NCBI GenBank assembly: GCA_964658305.1
Contig: OZ210885.1
Coordinates: 12,214,001-12,278,000, forward strand
Length of the DNA: 64,000 nt
Origin: Leptogorgia sarmentosa
Lineage: Eukaryota
Direction: 5' to 3'
The notes below the pieces were generated by a model, which searched no databases, was not told the DNA's origin, and worked only from the letters and a program-made list of their open reading frames with translations. Shown one piece after another: positions 27,901 through 40,034 of this stretch. The translations under genes and the position numbers were made by a program. The number at the start of each line of letters is the position of its first letter. The first letter of the stretch is position 1.

Positions 27901-29158
27901 TGAAAGCTTTGGCATTGAAGATTGTTGGCAGTTGCCGACTGGTGAGGACATTTGTCGTGCAAGTAAATATTGTTCAAAAGCTTTTACATGGAATGGTAGA
28001 AAGTGTGTAGTGTCAACGGATAATGGCACATCATTGGTAGTTTACGACTGTCTTAGCGGGGAGATCGTTGATATCTTTCAGATGAGTTGTTTACCGAGCT
28101 ATCGACATGTCAATTACATATCGAATTTGGGGGGAAACAATTTTCTTATTTCTTTTAATAGCCATCTCGTCTTTGTTGTGTCGCTAGAAAGATCATCTCA
28201 ATCTCTTGCTTTTCCTTTTATCAGCAACAAAGCATATCCTATAATCTGTGCATTGTCTCCAGATGATTTGTTTGTAGCTTGCAGTTATGGTTATCCTGTT
28301 TTGAAAATCATGAACGTTGACAACGGGAGAACATTGCAAATTGTTGAACCGAAACAAACTCCGATCGCTTGCTGGTGGTCAAAGTTGTATCTCTGGGTAG
28401 TTTGTGAGGGTCTAGTAGTAGTTAAATATCCTTATAACGCAACTGAGACGCAAATTGTAGGAAATTGTGTTGGGGAATGGTCTTTTGATTGTCAAGGTAA
28501 AGTTCTTAAATTTGCGGAAAGTGTGCTTGTCACTCAAATGGATGACAAAATTTGTATTTCGAAAATTGTTCACGAAAATCTTTCACCTCGGCAAATACTC
28601 GATTCAAAGGTTAATGACAGCTGGATTTACCAGCTTAAGGTTGCAATAAGCACTGATGGATGCGCTGTTCTTATACATGGATCAACTTATCTTGAGTTAT
28701 GGGAAATAGGATGTGACAAGAACTGGGATTTATTTTGGACCGGAACGCTTGACGACCCAATAGACTACGGGTATTTAACTGGGGTTAAGAATTCTAGACG
28801 TGTTTTGTTGCTGTCAAATTCTGAAATTCATGGTCTGTCATGTTTTCGATATTCCTTTGATCACCCAAGTGGCACACAGAAATTTTTACTACCTCTAGGT
28901 TTCAGCCCAGTTTGGAGAGTGTCTATTTGTCTTGACTCCAAACTAGGCCTCCTCATGGGGCGACCCTTCGACCAAATCCACTTCGTTGACGTGTCTGATG
29001 GAAAACTTATTACTTCCATTTGCGTAGGGTATGTTGATCATTTCTTCTTCGTTCCTTCCAAACGGCTACTTCTGTTGTTCAGGGGAAGCGGTGTTATCCA
29101 ACCTTTTGAAATTCATAATGTTGATCATTATTTACCTCTCCCACTAAACCTTAGTTAA
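24974..29158 (+). CDS. STAND/NLR-like protein: DZIP3-like HEPN domain, coiled coil, NACHT (NPHP3-N-like) NTPase, degenerate WD40 beta-propellers
   Basis: Uninterrupted 1394-aa ORF. FDITLLTILLRNVC...RNEVYGH (HEPN Rx5H). Walker A AGPGVGKS, Walker B LIVVDALDES, IFITSRPE. C-terminal SSPDNKLLA / FSPDSSYFL / IEVWDV / LSPDDLFVA repeats. Splice acceptor TTTAG at ~24956. Confidence 0.92.
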   Translation: MDPLQAQANYSKVCQLLINKGGEALRRVLQTKIRTSPPPSTLDSLLNTHKKSLQKIRYSVINAAQWKLLFPASGSADSNNFDITLLTILLRNVCGLSSPAAGWNVMPLASDTSISADILRIKMFRNEVYGHISSAQLDDTKFETLWQEISQPLIKLGIPQQDIDDLKEALLSPEEGSYIAKLKEWKELEDDLISKQNDIQREVFNLNRKCLDIGDSVENIEETIAHISDSVARVENTVVKLQTQNAKSPGVDKLAKFVFKGKVEELSKKFQSGTRRWFFDDFKKWFDDEKSSVIILTAGPGVGKSVLSAKICELYEDSGQLAACHFCDFKTSDYRDPHRILQSLASQMSDNVDGFRDKLSEVLSREHSQVVLSDAFRVLLHDPLSAIDRTEPMLIVVDALDESRFDQKSEFLELISDEFPQLPKWIKIFITSRPELQVRKKLKHFNLVEIHPNNKKHKHDLEQFVMCCLPHFCKHVVPSIVENCDGSFLYAYYLVNEVKHLGIKQNVFRYVPQGISGFYKKQFERLKKELQRFERNTEVSIFKTFLNLVAASVGHLPLRLCFTCMGLSNEQFEIREAIIGIMSEILPVYDDCLTVFHKSLWDWLRLDGYEEHAYAADVVDGGTRLWDACKKVYMDIDSLSSVSEFKISPMKKYALEKGWQYLLKFGDIQDFHFFLNVKVNYLKLKYFNLAMDKSSLLLCHILLEYKSRLPDHLFVRLFQLYTFMHLYEMLDIIDMFDLDRTSLCERYLQCFANEMFGLVHNSTVSMKDASEILDKTIWLEKVTKETNSCQIISNALLKVEAISSSPDNKLLACRDREKVVVYELPSLKLIFQLHVTAENIYRPFIVFSPDSSYFLLNSLQSCISIRNQSEVPFIQHRPDQIYSCSFFSSGTRLVSFGEKSIEVWDVKTKELLVKSQHGLTRYSLSLSIYDSYILVFEVFGRLNVFDSTTLQRVEIARSAKYKNCIQLISPDVVYDDESFGIEDCWQLPTGEDICRASKYCSKAFTWNGRKCVVSTDNGTSLVVYDCLSGEIVDIFQMSCLPSYRHVNYISNLGGNNFLISFNSHLVFVVSLERSSQSLAFPFISNKAYPIICALSPDDLFVACSYGYPVLKIMNVDNGRTLQIVEPKQTPIACWWSKLYLWVVCEGLVVVKYPYNATETQIVGNCVGEWSFDCQGKVLKFAESVLVTQMDDKICISKIVHENLSPRQILDSKVNDSWIYQLKVAISTDGCAVLIHGSTYLELWEIGCDKNWDLFWTGTLDDPIDYGYLTGVKNSRRVLLLSNSEIHGLSCFRYSFDHPSGTQKFLLPLGFSPVWRVSICLDSKLGLLMGRPFDQIHFVDVSDGKLITSICVGYVDHFFFVPSKRLLLLFRGSGVIQPFEIHNVDHYLPLPLNLS

Positions 29159-32100
29159 AAAGGCATGTACAAGTATCTGTGAACAGTGGGGTTCTGCCTC
29201 CTACATGTCGGCCAAAAAAATCAGCTCAGGTGACAAATCTCGTCGACTAAATTTCCGGCATGAAATCCCTGTGTCAATTCGCATGATCCGGGCTCCCCGG
29301 GTTTTGATCGTTTTCTCAACTAATGTAACCAAAGTCAATATTTTTGATCAAAAATATATTGTAGAGGTTCAGATTTAGTTATAGCGACAACTATTGTCAA
29401 CCAATGAAATGCGTTCAGTCACAGGAGTACAAACATATCGCAAGTTATGTCCGATTCTTGTGTGTACTTTAAAGATGGACAGAGTTCAATAATATTAATT
29501 TCTTTCCAATACGTTTCCTTGATAAAAGAAGTTCGGAAAAACAATAAAAAAGGCTAAGAGAAAATGTGTTCTAATTTCAAACGTTCGAAATAATTTAGTT
29601 TACCTTGTGAATCTGTATTGATTTTTTTAAATACGTAACAGTGCTCGGATTTCCTTGCATGGTGATGGTTTTGGATAAAATATTGTTATAGAAGCGTAAC
29701 ATTTGAATTTTCTGTAAAATCTTACACCATTTTCTTTTCGTAATTCTTTACTTGCTAACATCTCAGCTTAGGAGCAGTTTTGTATTGATAAAACGAAAAA
29801 GAAAGAGCTGTAATTCTCGTTATTATATGATTGACGCTGTTTTCTATGTTATTCATAGACCTGCTTCAGCATAAATACCTGAAAAAATCCCGCTATTGCC
29901 GTGCTTTGTCTGGATAAAGCCTGTGGATTTATAAGGACACACCTAATTCAATCCTAAAAACACAAGGAAATTAAACGCATACTCTCATATTTTCAAAGCG
30001 CATTTTTCCAAACTTTTTTCTTGGGAAAACCTTGTCAATCATATAGTAAGTCAGTTAAAGCAGTCGAACCTCGGCTGTTAGCGAGATACATCTGGCTAAC
30101 GGCCTCGGTACTCGGGTTTAACTCTCGCATATACCATGGATTTTTATATCGCCTGTAGTTAAAAATAAGATCTAAAATTGTAAAACCTTCCACTTTTTCC
30201 TGTATGAGTATATTCATGTCAGTAAATGTAGTAGAATATTTGTATCAATAATTAATTAGAAAACGAAATAGAGGTAGTTGATGTTATTAATAGTCTCTAA
30301 AAAAGACAATGTACTGGGAAAGGACACGTACGTAGTTACAGAAATCCGTACTTTCTCTTTTGTACAGTATGAGTCTCATTCATACAGTAGCAGTATTTTT
30401 GTATCAGTAAAAAAATGTACCGGTTGTGTTACTTTTTTAAATAATTATTAAACGCATTTAATCCAAACCTTTTTAATTTATTCTTGTACTGGATAGGCAA
30501 ATCAAACTTTGAGTATGAAAGACTTAACACGCGGTTTCCAAACAAAATTTTGTACGAAAAAATTCCGTCTTTAAATGAAGTTAAAATTCACCAATTGTCC
30601 AAAGAATATTGAGCGACGTCGAATTAGTGACTGAAAGCAGGAGAATATTATTCTTATTATTGTCCCCAACCATATCAAACTAATCAGATCTGCATAGGAG
30701 AAGAAGGCGGGGGATATGGCATGGTCACTGTAGAATTTTGACAACAGCCGTTACAATAATCCTGCGTCACCCTGGATAATTTTCTAGCTGGGTTTTAGAT
30801 TTCGATTTAAAAACATTTCGGAAAAAATCATACTACCCATCTAAAGAGAATTAAAAATAATTTATTCACGTTATCATCTATCAATAATCTAATCACTGCA
30901 AACTCAAAAACCGCTGTAAAGGTGCCACAGATTGCAGCAATAAAACCCAGTACTTGCCACGATTTTAATTCAATATCCTAGATCCGCCGTGTATGCATAT
31001 CAGTGCCCCACTTGAAACCAGCCCATGTCTTGACGGCATAACTTAATTCTCTCCGCCAGCCACAGCAATGGAGGACGAGAAGAAGCGAATATAAGTAGAC
31101 AGCGAACAGAAACTGTCCTGAAGTTTGAAAAGACGAAGGGTAATTTTTGCTACCACTTGTGAGCACAATTATCCTTTTTATCAAAGGTAGTTTTATACAG
31201 TCATCTTGATTTTATAACGATTCTGACAAATCTCGCTTCGCATGCACACTACATTGTTTCAATTCGTTTAAAAATTTCGCTTCAATAGCATCGTCGAGTT
31301 CGGAAGAAGAAATTACAACACATTCGGAATAATGTACTGCTCGATGGACTGCAATTTAATTTTACAACACCCAATTTGCCTTGATGTTGGCACGAAAGCT
31401 AATGTTTCACAATATTCGCAACACATTTACACATCGATGGAAAAAAAATTAAAACCACAAAATCTTCATAATAGCGAATTATAATTCAAACTTTCTTGGT
31501 AAAGTGAAAAAATAACATTGTAGGGAATTTTCCCGTGTGGCTATCGGAGGTTTTAGCTACACGTGCTCCTTGATTGATGCGATATCGCTGCCATTTGGTA
31601 CTGGCGCTTTGTCCGAAGCTTATAGGTAGATTAATGTTGCATTTTAAAATTAGTTCATAAATTTTTTAGAAATAAAAGACACGTGTTAACGCACGAAAGT
31701 ATGGGGTTGAATTTCCTAATTTTTAACATGTATAGACACAACATCGACTTGGCGTCATTTCATGTAATGTAATGAAATCCGTCTACAACATTTTTCAGGA
31801 AATGTATAATTTGTAATATTTCCAGTGGTGTGCAATTTTTTTCAAAAAATAATGACGAATAATCTAAAATAGAGAAATATCAAAATTGGAACTGATTTTA
31901 AGCATTTTTTCAATTATCATGGTGGCACTAAATTCGCACATACATTCGCACACTCAAAATACTGTAGTAAATTGAATGCGTCAGAAATTTTGCTCAATTG
32001 GCACGCATGCAAATGTAATGTAAATATTGAGGTCAATGTATTTTTGTGAAATTTCCCGCGGTAAGTTCGGCAGCGACATTAAAATTACTAAATAAAAGTA

Positions 32101-32564
32101 CTGTTTTGTCCCAAAGCATTACTGAGAATCATCTAAAATAGAAAGTCATGAAAATCGAAACTGATTTTATTTAGGGCAAAGTAGATAAATAGAACGTTAT
32201 TTTTTAAAATCACAAGTTTGTAGTGACTAAAAGAAAATTCCAGAATTTCCTATGGGAGAATGCCAACGGACTCCGTTAACAAGCAATCCTCTCACAACAG
32301 CGACGTTCGGTAAAAATCGGTTGGAAATCGTGGATCCCCCCCCCTCTGGTACTTACGATTGTTTAATTGCTGTCACATGACATGATCAGCTAGTATATTC
32401 TTACGTTTACAACACGAGCACCTGCTGACAGAACGCATCCAATTGTAGCGTTGAGAGAAATGTTCATTTCATATTATTATGTTCTTCTATGTGACGCTAA
32501 AATTATACATTTATTGGGTGTATTTCATACTAGACTATCTAAACTATTCGTCGATATCCCGATG

Positions 32565-33216
32565 TTAACATTTCGTGAACCGCCTAGAAAATGGAATTAT
32601 ATCATCTTTTAACTTTTTCCTATTTGTTTTGGCCACGTCCCCATGGAATTTAACGGGATGTATAAATTTAATGTCATAGTTATAATTTTTCCAAACTAAT
32701 TTTCCATCAGCGAAGTTAATGTAGCCATATTTATCCGGCAAATACAGACCATAATGCTTTTCCCAGGAGTCTCGTGAATCCAAGAAACTCATAATGGTTG
32801 GCACAGCAGCTTCCAAGAACACTCGATGTTTGTAGAACACTGAGGAAAGTCGTTGCCACTGATCACTGAATTTTCTAGGTACATAGAATAGATCTGACCA
32901 TGTCTTAAAACAACGCTTAACTCCTTTCCCGTTATCAAGATGCGTTTTTACCAATTTTGAGATGTTTATGTATTCATTTGAGCAATTATACTTTTGCATG
33001 ATTTCTGCGTATGAATCTTCGCAAGCTTTCGCAGATGAAGTCTTTTTGCTCCACCAAGGCCAATTTTTGAGTATTGGTCGACTTCCCAATATATGGCACT
33101 TATTGTCAACAATTTTCGCACCGAACCAAAACTTCTCCTTATCAAGATTGTAAAATGTCCACCAATTAACCACCATGTCGTCATTAATATACAAATAACC
33201 ACGGTAACCAGGATAC
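32565..33216 (-). CDS. Last exon of type II membrane glycosyltransferase-like (STELLO/DUF288-like) protein
   Basis: Acceptor TTCTAG|G gives R-YPGYRGYLYINDDMVVNWW...SDLFYVP...VFLEAAVPTI...FIHPVK, in frame with the upstream exon. Confidence 0.8.
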
Positions 33217-34075
33217 CTAGAAACACCAGCATGCAGAAATTAACGACCGTTCATTCATTCTGTGATATTTCAAACTGTGATTGGCTAAAGACTACGAGGC
33301 ATTGCATAGCTACTATCATGTAAAGAAAATATAAAAATAGCGGCCATCTTAAAACTAGTGGTTTCACATTCATATTTCAGGCTAAAATTAAAAGAAATGA
33401 GTATCGGGTATTTTTGCTTGCAATAGAAGCGAAATATATAATTTTAAATTGTGGAATGCTCTTAAAGAAACCTTAATTCACCTCGCTTCCTTATTCGTCA
33501 GTAAAGAGAAATATAATACGTCGGTCTTATTCTGAGTACACCTTGAAGGAGCACTGTCGCAGGGAAAGAATGGCTGACATTAGGTTTACAAAAATGTACT
33601 ACAAATTCTTAAGCCCACATAAACATCCTAAGTTTGAAACATATATGTATTGCGAAATGATATGTGTGAATTTATGCCGCGCGCATTGCTGTGAAAGCAG
33701 ATGGGCTCTGCTTGGATGAATGTTATGTCGTTCATTATGCTTCCAATGCACCTCGGATAAACAAATGAGTGAGGATATTCAACAAAAACAATAGAGTGAG
33801 GATATTCAACGTTCAATGTTAAGCACCATTTCTATTGTTTGCTGACTTCTGCTCCTTTCTCAGCAGGTTACAGCGTTAATTGGAGGAGGGTCTTTCCCGA
33901 ACCACGGCGCGAAGCGCCGTCCGGGCGTCAGCCCTTCGGTCAATCGCACCAGGGTAAAGAGGAGCATTGCCGAGTCTGAAGTTGCTCGATCTGGACGTCA
34001 TTTTGGATTACCGTTCAAAGTTCAAAGGTGAAATATCCTATTTACAGTACACTAATTGTATCAAAGGTCGCCGTA

Positions 34076-34766
34076 GCAATTTTCCGTTTCGTAAACCGCC
34101 AGGGTCACCAGTTACAATCAGTGTCACCACTTTTAACATACGTCACATCCGGCTTTAAATTTAGTAATACATGAAGTCCATTTATTTTTATAAATTAAAC
34201 TAAACCCAAACGCTAAACCTAACCCTAACCTTATTACAGTCAAACTCTAAACACTTAAAGCAGTTTAGGGTTTAAAAAAATGTTTTCAAATTTTTCCAAA
34301 AAGAAACAAATCGGAAGTTATGCAAGTGAAAGCAACCTTCGCCCGGCTCCGCTTAAGCTACGTCGAGTACAGCACCCATACCAAACACGCTCGTACACGT
34401 CTAAAACGCTCATGATGCAACATTGATGAAACAGGATTGAACAATGTTGTGCTGCCCACATTGTTCTCAGTTGTCAACAACATTGATGCAATATTGTTAC
34501 ACCCGATTCAGTCTCAACAACATTGTTCAACATTGTTAACAAGCCTGAACAATATCGACAGCACAACATTGTTCAATGCTGTTGACAGTGGGCTCATAAT
34601 TTTTAGGCGTGTAATATGCTCGCTGCAAATCCGCTAAAAAGCGGCTATTTATAAGAATAAATGGACTTCATGTATTACTAAATTTAAAGCCGGATGTGAC
34701 GTATGTTAAAAGTGGTGACACTGATTGTAACTGGTGACCCTGGCGGTTTACGAAACGGAAAATTGC
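34076..34766. mobile_element. Mutator-like (MULE) non-autonomous element, intronic
   Basis: ~110-bp near-perfect TIRs starting GCAATTTTCCGTTTCG. 9-bp TSD GTCGCCGTA at 34067-34075 and 34767-34775. Confidence 0.9.
34396..34611. mobile_element. CAC...GTG MITE nested in the MULE-like element
   Basis: TA|CACGTCTAAAA...TTTTAGGCGTG|TA with internal CAACATTGTT repeats. Confidence 0.7.
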
Positions 34767-36160
34767 GTCGCCGTATATAGCCGCATTTAATCTATTCAGT
34801 GCTCAATTCTAGAGTATAAGTTTATGTTTTTAAAGGCAAGACTTCACAAAATATTTACAAACTTTACCCCCAAAGAACACGAGCGAACATTGGCTGAAAA
34901 TTGTTTCATATCAAAGACTGACTTGAATATTTAATTGAAACGTTTTATGCAAATATAAATGTAGTATTTTGCACCAATTTCAAGTTTATATTAGTCCTAA
35001 TAACATACGGATAACAAATGATTCTCTAAATTTAAAAAAATGCTAATAAAACAATGATAAATGCTGATAAATTTTGACTGTTTTCAAAAAATTTCAGAAA
35101 TATAATATCTTCCGATCGTGTTGCCATGAAAATAACCTCAGGCAGCCTTTGAAGTACTTCATGTTGCAAAAATATAGTTGCATTTATTTATTTGGTTAGT
35201 AAGGCGAGGGGTTGCTGCATGTATGTATTTTTAGTTTTTTGTAAATCAGCAGCGGGCGGAATCCTAGCGTTTTCTGCAATCTGATTGGCTGCAGCAGCGG
35301 CGGAATTTTACGACATTTGACCACGGTCTGGAATCCATTATCCATAATACGTGATGGCCGAAGTAAATAAAAAATCTTTTGTATGTTTGTTTAATGGAAA
35401 AAAAATGCAATAGATATCGAAAACCTGCAGTGTATCCAGACTTAAATTCATCCTTTTTAAAAAAATACTATAACCAGTAGATTCACATAAGTTTAAAGTT
35501 AATTTCTCTTTCGATTTTTTTTAATTATATAAAAGAAGATATATTTATAATTTCGATTTATATTCATATAACATTTTCAACGAAATATTTCGGTGTCGTA
35601 TTAAAGCATATTTTAACCCTGTTTTTATCGTGAAATGCAAAAGAAAAGAAATAATTTGAATAAATTTACCTTTTTTGATTGTCATGTTGAGTGAAAAGGC
35701 AGCAATTGTACTAAATCTGAAGGAATTTTTTCATTTTCATTTCGTCTTGGCTGTTTAGCAGCCATACTTGCGATGGAGTAACAAAGCAAACAAACACAAC
35801 TGATCTCAAATCTAGTTCACTACACTGGAATTTCTTATGAATTTGATCATAGCATTGCGCAGCAAAAAATTATATCCGTTATTTACCGTTTCTCAAAAAG
35901 CGAGACAAAATATTTTTCTATCCGGACCTCCCAGCCTGTGGATGACGTATCTCATCACGTGACTATAATAGCTAAGACATGGCAGAGGCGAGAAGATGTG
36001 TGTATGCAAAATCATGTAAAGTTTGTGGAAAATATGAATATTCTTGATGCAGCTGGTGTCCTCCTCGTATCGCAAGGTTGGAGAAGACATGCAATCTTTA
36101 TTTGGAAATTAAAGAAATTAAACCTCCGGACCCGCACGCTAATGCGAGTTGATGCAGCAA

Positions 36161-36729
36161 AATAATTATCAATTATTGGACGAGGTCGAGCAAAATATCG
36201 CGATTTGTCGGTGGCGAGCAGATCAATTATTTGCCGATGCCGAAGGCAGAGGCAAATAATTGATCTGCGAGCCACCGACAAATCGCGATATTTTGCGAGA
36301 TCTCGTCCAATAATTGTTTTATTATTCATTTACAAAGCATACTTAGCTACAAGGTAGACCTATACAACGAGCTTTACATACAAATTTTATTTCATAAAAA
36401 AATAATACTGGTTTACGGAAAAAACCTTCTTCTTTTAAATTTTTCTTTCTTTTAAATATTGCCGGAAGACACTGACGGCCGTTTTGGTGGCTTTTTTTGT
36501 ATTTTCGGAATCTTTTCCCTCTAGTAAACAAGACAGCTCGTCTTCTGATAGTTCAGGAAAACGAGCCGCCATTGTTTACAAAAAAGTGACGCAATGCGCA
36601 TGCTCAGACTATTATTTGCAGGTGAGCAACCTTTTTAACAAATGCGCATGCTCAGACTATTATTTGCACGCAGTTATTTGCAGGTAAATTGACCAATCAA
36701 AATTGAGAATACTATAAAGTGAATAATAA
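36161..36729 (+). mobile_element. Non-autonomous terminal-hairpin element (Crypton-like), intronic
   Basis: ~150-bp foldback centred on GCC-GA-TGCC-GAA-GGCA-GA-GGC. Inner TTATTATTCATTTA is matched by terminal TAAAGTGAATAATAA. CCAATCA near the end. Confidence 0.75.
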
Positions 36730-36781
36730 GAATAATTATTAATTTGCTAATTAAAGTGCATTTTGCTCGAAATTTTCATAC

Positions 36782-37076
36782 CTACGTATCGCTTCACCAA
36801 CACATTCGTAACCATAGTATCCACGATGAAGATCAACAACCATAATGTGTTGCTGGGAATGGGACTTAGGACCACAAATCACAATATTTGTGAATGCTTC
36901 ATTGTAAAAAGATTCCAGTAAGGATATGGAATCGTAAAATGGAAAGTGGTAAATGATAATCAGTAGAATATCTTCAAAGTAATTCTTCAGACAATTACCA
37001 GACTTGGTGTCTGCAGGGTCATGGTAATTGTTCACACTTGATGGTGTGGGTATAGATAATGTTATCTGTGAATTAC
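36782..37076 (-). CDS. Internal exon of the same glycosyltransferase-like gene
   Basis: Acceptor TTTTTTGTAG|GT, donor AG|GTATGA. Encodes DILLIIIYHFPFY...NIVICGP...GYYGYECVGEAIR. Confidence 0.8.
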
Positions 37077-37140
37077 CTACAAAAAATGAACAGAAAAAGG
37101 AAATTCCTTCGCTACTCTCAAGATATTGCACGCGGATCGC

Positions 37141-37318
37141 CTGCTGTACATATGGCCATCGTTGACAAAAATACTAGTACTATCATTAGTACTAATAATC
37201 GAACGGCATGGTAGAATGCCCGAGTGCCGGATAGCCGGATATCCGCTAAACGGATAACCCGATACAGGATAAACGGATAACGAATAAACGGAAAACCGGA
37301 TAAAAGTAAATACTCCAT
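37141..37318 (-). CDS. Probable first coding exon (transmembrane anchor); start codon uncertain (37318, or ancestral 37373)
   Basis: RLLVLMIVLVFLSTMAIC hydrophobic helix. Joins the next exon in frame through a 64-nt GC-AG intron. Confidence 0.5.
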
Positions 37319-37382
37319 TCAAATTGATTTAGGAACCACGGTAGCCCCTCAGATACGTCGAAAGAATATTCATCGTTGAATA

Positions 37383-37833
37383 TTTATCATTTATAGACCC
37401 GGAGCGAGGGGGATTCGGCGTAATATTTCCCGAAGTGATGATATTTTCCGAGGGGCTTTGCCCCGAGGAAAATATCATTACTGAGGGAAATATTACGCCG
37501 AATCCCCCGAGCGGAGGGTCTATAAATGATATATTATACCGAACAAAATATTTTTGCATCATTGTTTTCAAGAAGTCTATTTATTTCTTCGTCCGAGTCT
37601 TGCTCGCCCGCCATTTTGCATAGCTAATTAGCTATGCTAAGCGCGTGTTGCCCACGCGTCACGCGTGAGCGTGGAATACTATAATATCCCACGGTGGATC
37701 TGCCGTGGGATATTATAGTATCCCACGCTGGATTGCGAAATCATGAATTTGAGTGAAATACCGTAAAAAATCACACTATCACGTGGTACAAATGCTGTTT
37801 TTTCATTGGACAATTTGAATTTGAGGTATAATA
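37383..37833 (+). mobile_element. Non-autonomous terminal-hairpin element (Crypton-like), copy 2
   Basis: Near-identical to 11471-11911 with unrelated flanks. Confidence 0.8.
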
Positions 37834-38985
37834 TTGTCAATAATCAATCAATTGTGTATAGCAACCATACGTATAATGCAACACACGACAAACACTGCGA
37901 GGAAGCAATTCAAGGTTAAACATGAAATTAATACAAACTGAACAATACTAGTTTTCTAGTAGCAATGGTAATAGCAAGTAGTAATTAGTCACAGTAACTG
38001 TTTCACTTTATCATGAAAAAATGTGAACAGAGATAGCAGAGAATGTCAAATTTGTCAAATTTGAAGGTTTTAGAATGTACTATATGTCACTGCTAACTGC
38101 GGCCCGCGAAAAGTGCAAGTCTCTTACTGCACTAATAAAACTTAGCGGACTCAGCCTCACTCTCGAGTTTACTGACGTAGGCATTTCGAATTCAAATTTA
38201 TCTATCAAGCCTAGACAATTGTCATTCGGAATAATCCTTAGGTCTCGCAACATAACTCTTGTCACTTTTTGACGTTGAATTCTAAGTCCGTTTGCTTTTG
38301 TTGCTTTTAATCTAATTGATATACATTAAAATTATTAACGGTAACAACGGAAGTTCAAGGAAAGTGGATAAAAATAGATTTGAAATCAGAAATCTCCGAA
38401 TGGACACGCTACTTCTGGAAAATATCAAATCTTCACGTGACCGATGTTTCATCCCTTCTATTTATTTCGTATTTCTTATATTAGCTAGGTCGTGTGCGCC
38501 CGCGTTATTTTCCAGTTTAGAATTCCGGAGTACTTCATATTATCGATAATTTACCTTTTTTGGTAGTTTATTTATTGATATTAACACAGTATGGATCCTT
38601 ACGACTTGCGGGATTATTTTATGCCTGCATGTTACTAACGCTAGTTGGTCCCCCTGTGTTTTTTCTTGAGACATCATCTACTTTCACTCTTGGATTTCCT
38701 TAACCCTTTAGCTTTAACGGTGGATAAGTCCAGAACAAGAAGCTATAGTCAATATAATAATTGAACAACTAAAATAAAACTTTCAATTGGACTTATCTGC
38801 CGTTTAAGCGGCTAAAAGGGCTACGAAGAACCATCCCTTGAGTGAATTAATCGAAGACTACAGTTTGCTCAAAAGCTTGTCTCAATAAAATATTTCATGG
38901 TAATTCATTAATTTAACGCTGCGTCTATTTCTTAATGATATCTCAACCGAGCTACGCTTTTTTAATACAGGCACAATTTCACAAA

Positions 38986-39133
38986 GGCGCAAAAAGGTCG
39001 ATAACTGAGGGGGGAGGGGTATTCATATATTCGTGTTCACTGACTGTACAAACAATCGATTTTGAAGGAAATTAGATGTGCAGACCTCGAATATATGAAG
39101 ATGGTCCCCGCCAATTATCGACCCTTTTCGCAC
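38986..39133. mobile_element. Short decayed MITE
   Basis: GCGCAAAAAGGTCGATAA...ATTCATATATTCG mirrored by CGAATATATGAA...TTATCGACCCTTTTCGC. Confidence 0.5.
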
Positions 39134-40034
39134 TCTTAATGCAATTTGGTAGCAATAATCACCGCCAGAAAAGTCTTTTTAAATTAGTTTAAAATGAATT
39201 TAATTCTTTACCTGAAAGTGTCGTTTTGAAAAGAAAGGAACAACAGATTATCAATAAGCAGCAAAATATAAGAAATAATGCCTCATGAGACGAAGGTGTT
39301 TTAGTGAGACGGAAGTGAGATATCTTCATTCTGAAAAGAAACAGGAATAGAACATTTTTGCCAAAGAACACGATTAGAAAAACGAGTTATTGATGAGGTT
39401 TTTCTTTACAGTGTTTAAGGAATGGATAATGAGTCGCGTGCCATTATGCTTTTATAATCCACGAGGAGAATGTAGGGGAATACGAGAGAATGGCGCAAAA
39501 TACGAGGTGTAGTCGAATGTTTTACGCGATTCTAGAGTAATCTCACAGCACTGCTCGAGTGCATTATAACAGCAAAATGACACGCGAGGAGTTTTTCTAT
39601 TTCTTTTAAGAGATAATATAAGGGAATATTAACGCAATAAACAACTTTATCAGAACGAACAAAATTACAATTCTCCTTAGATGTCCTCAAACACGCATTT
39701 TCTCAAGTGTTGCCAAGCGAGCAACAAACTCCGTGAATTCTTTTAGCTGTGCGCAGTGGCGTTGGAAGGTGGGGCACTATGAGCATAGTGCTCCCCCAAA
39801 TTTCACGACTATAAGAAAAGTGCCCTTTTAAAGGAAAATGCCCTTTTTTCATGCATAACATTTGTATGGCTTTCTGGAAGACATGAGATTGTGCTTAAAT
39901 GTGCTAGAACGTTTTTTACGATTGCAGCATTTACTAGCTCGGCTAAGGGAATCGTCCAAACGCTTCCGATCGACCCGCTGTCAGTTGAAGAAAACGTAAA
40001 CAAAATGTTTTTCGTCAAAATATTTTTTATCAAC

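Noticed and set aside
25000..28649. Short antisense and alternate-frame ORFs within the NACHT gene (likewise within BEL and Penelope ORFs)
   Set aside because: Shadow ORFs of long coding sequences with no independent features.
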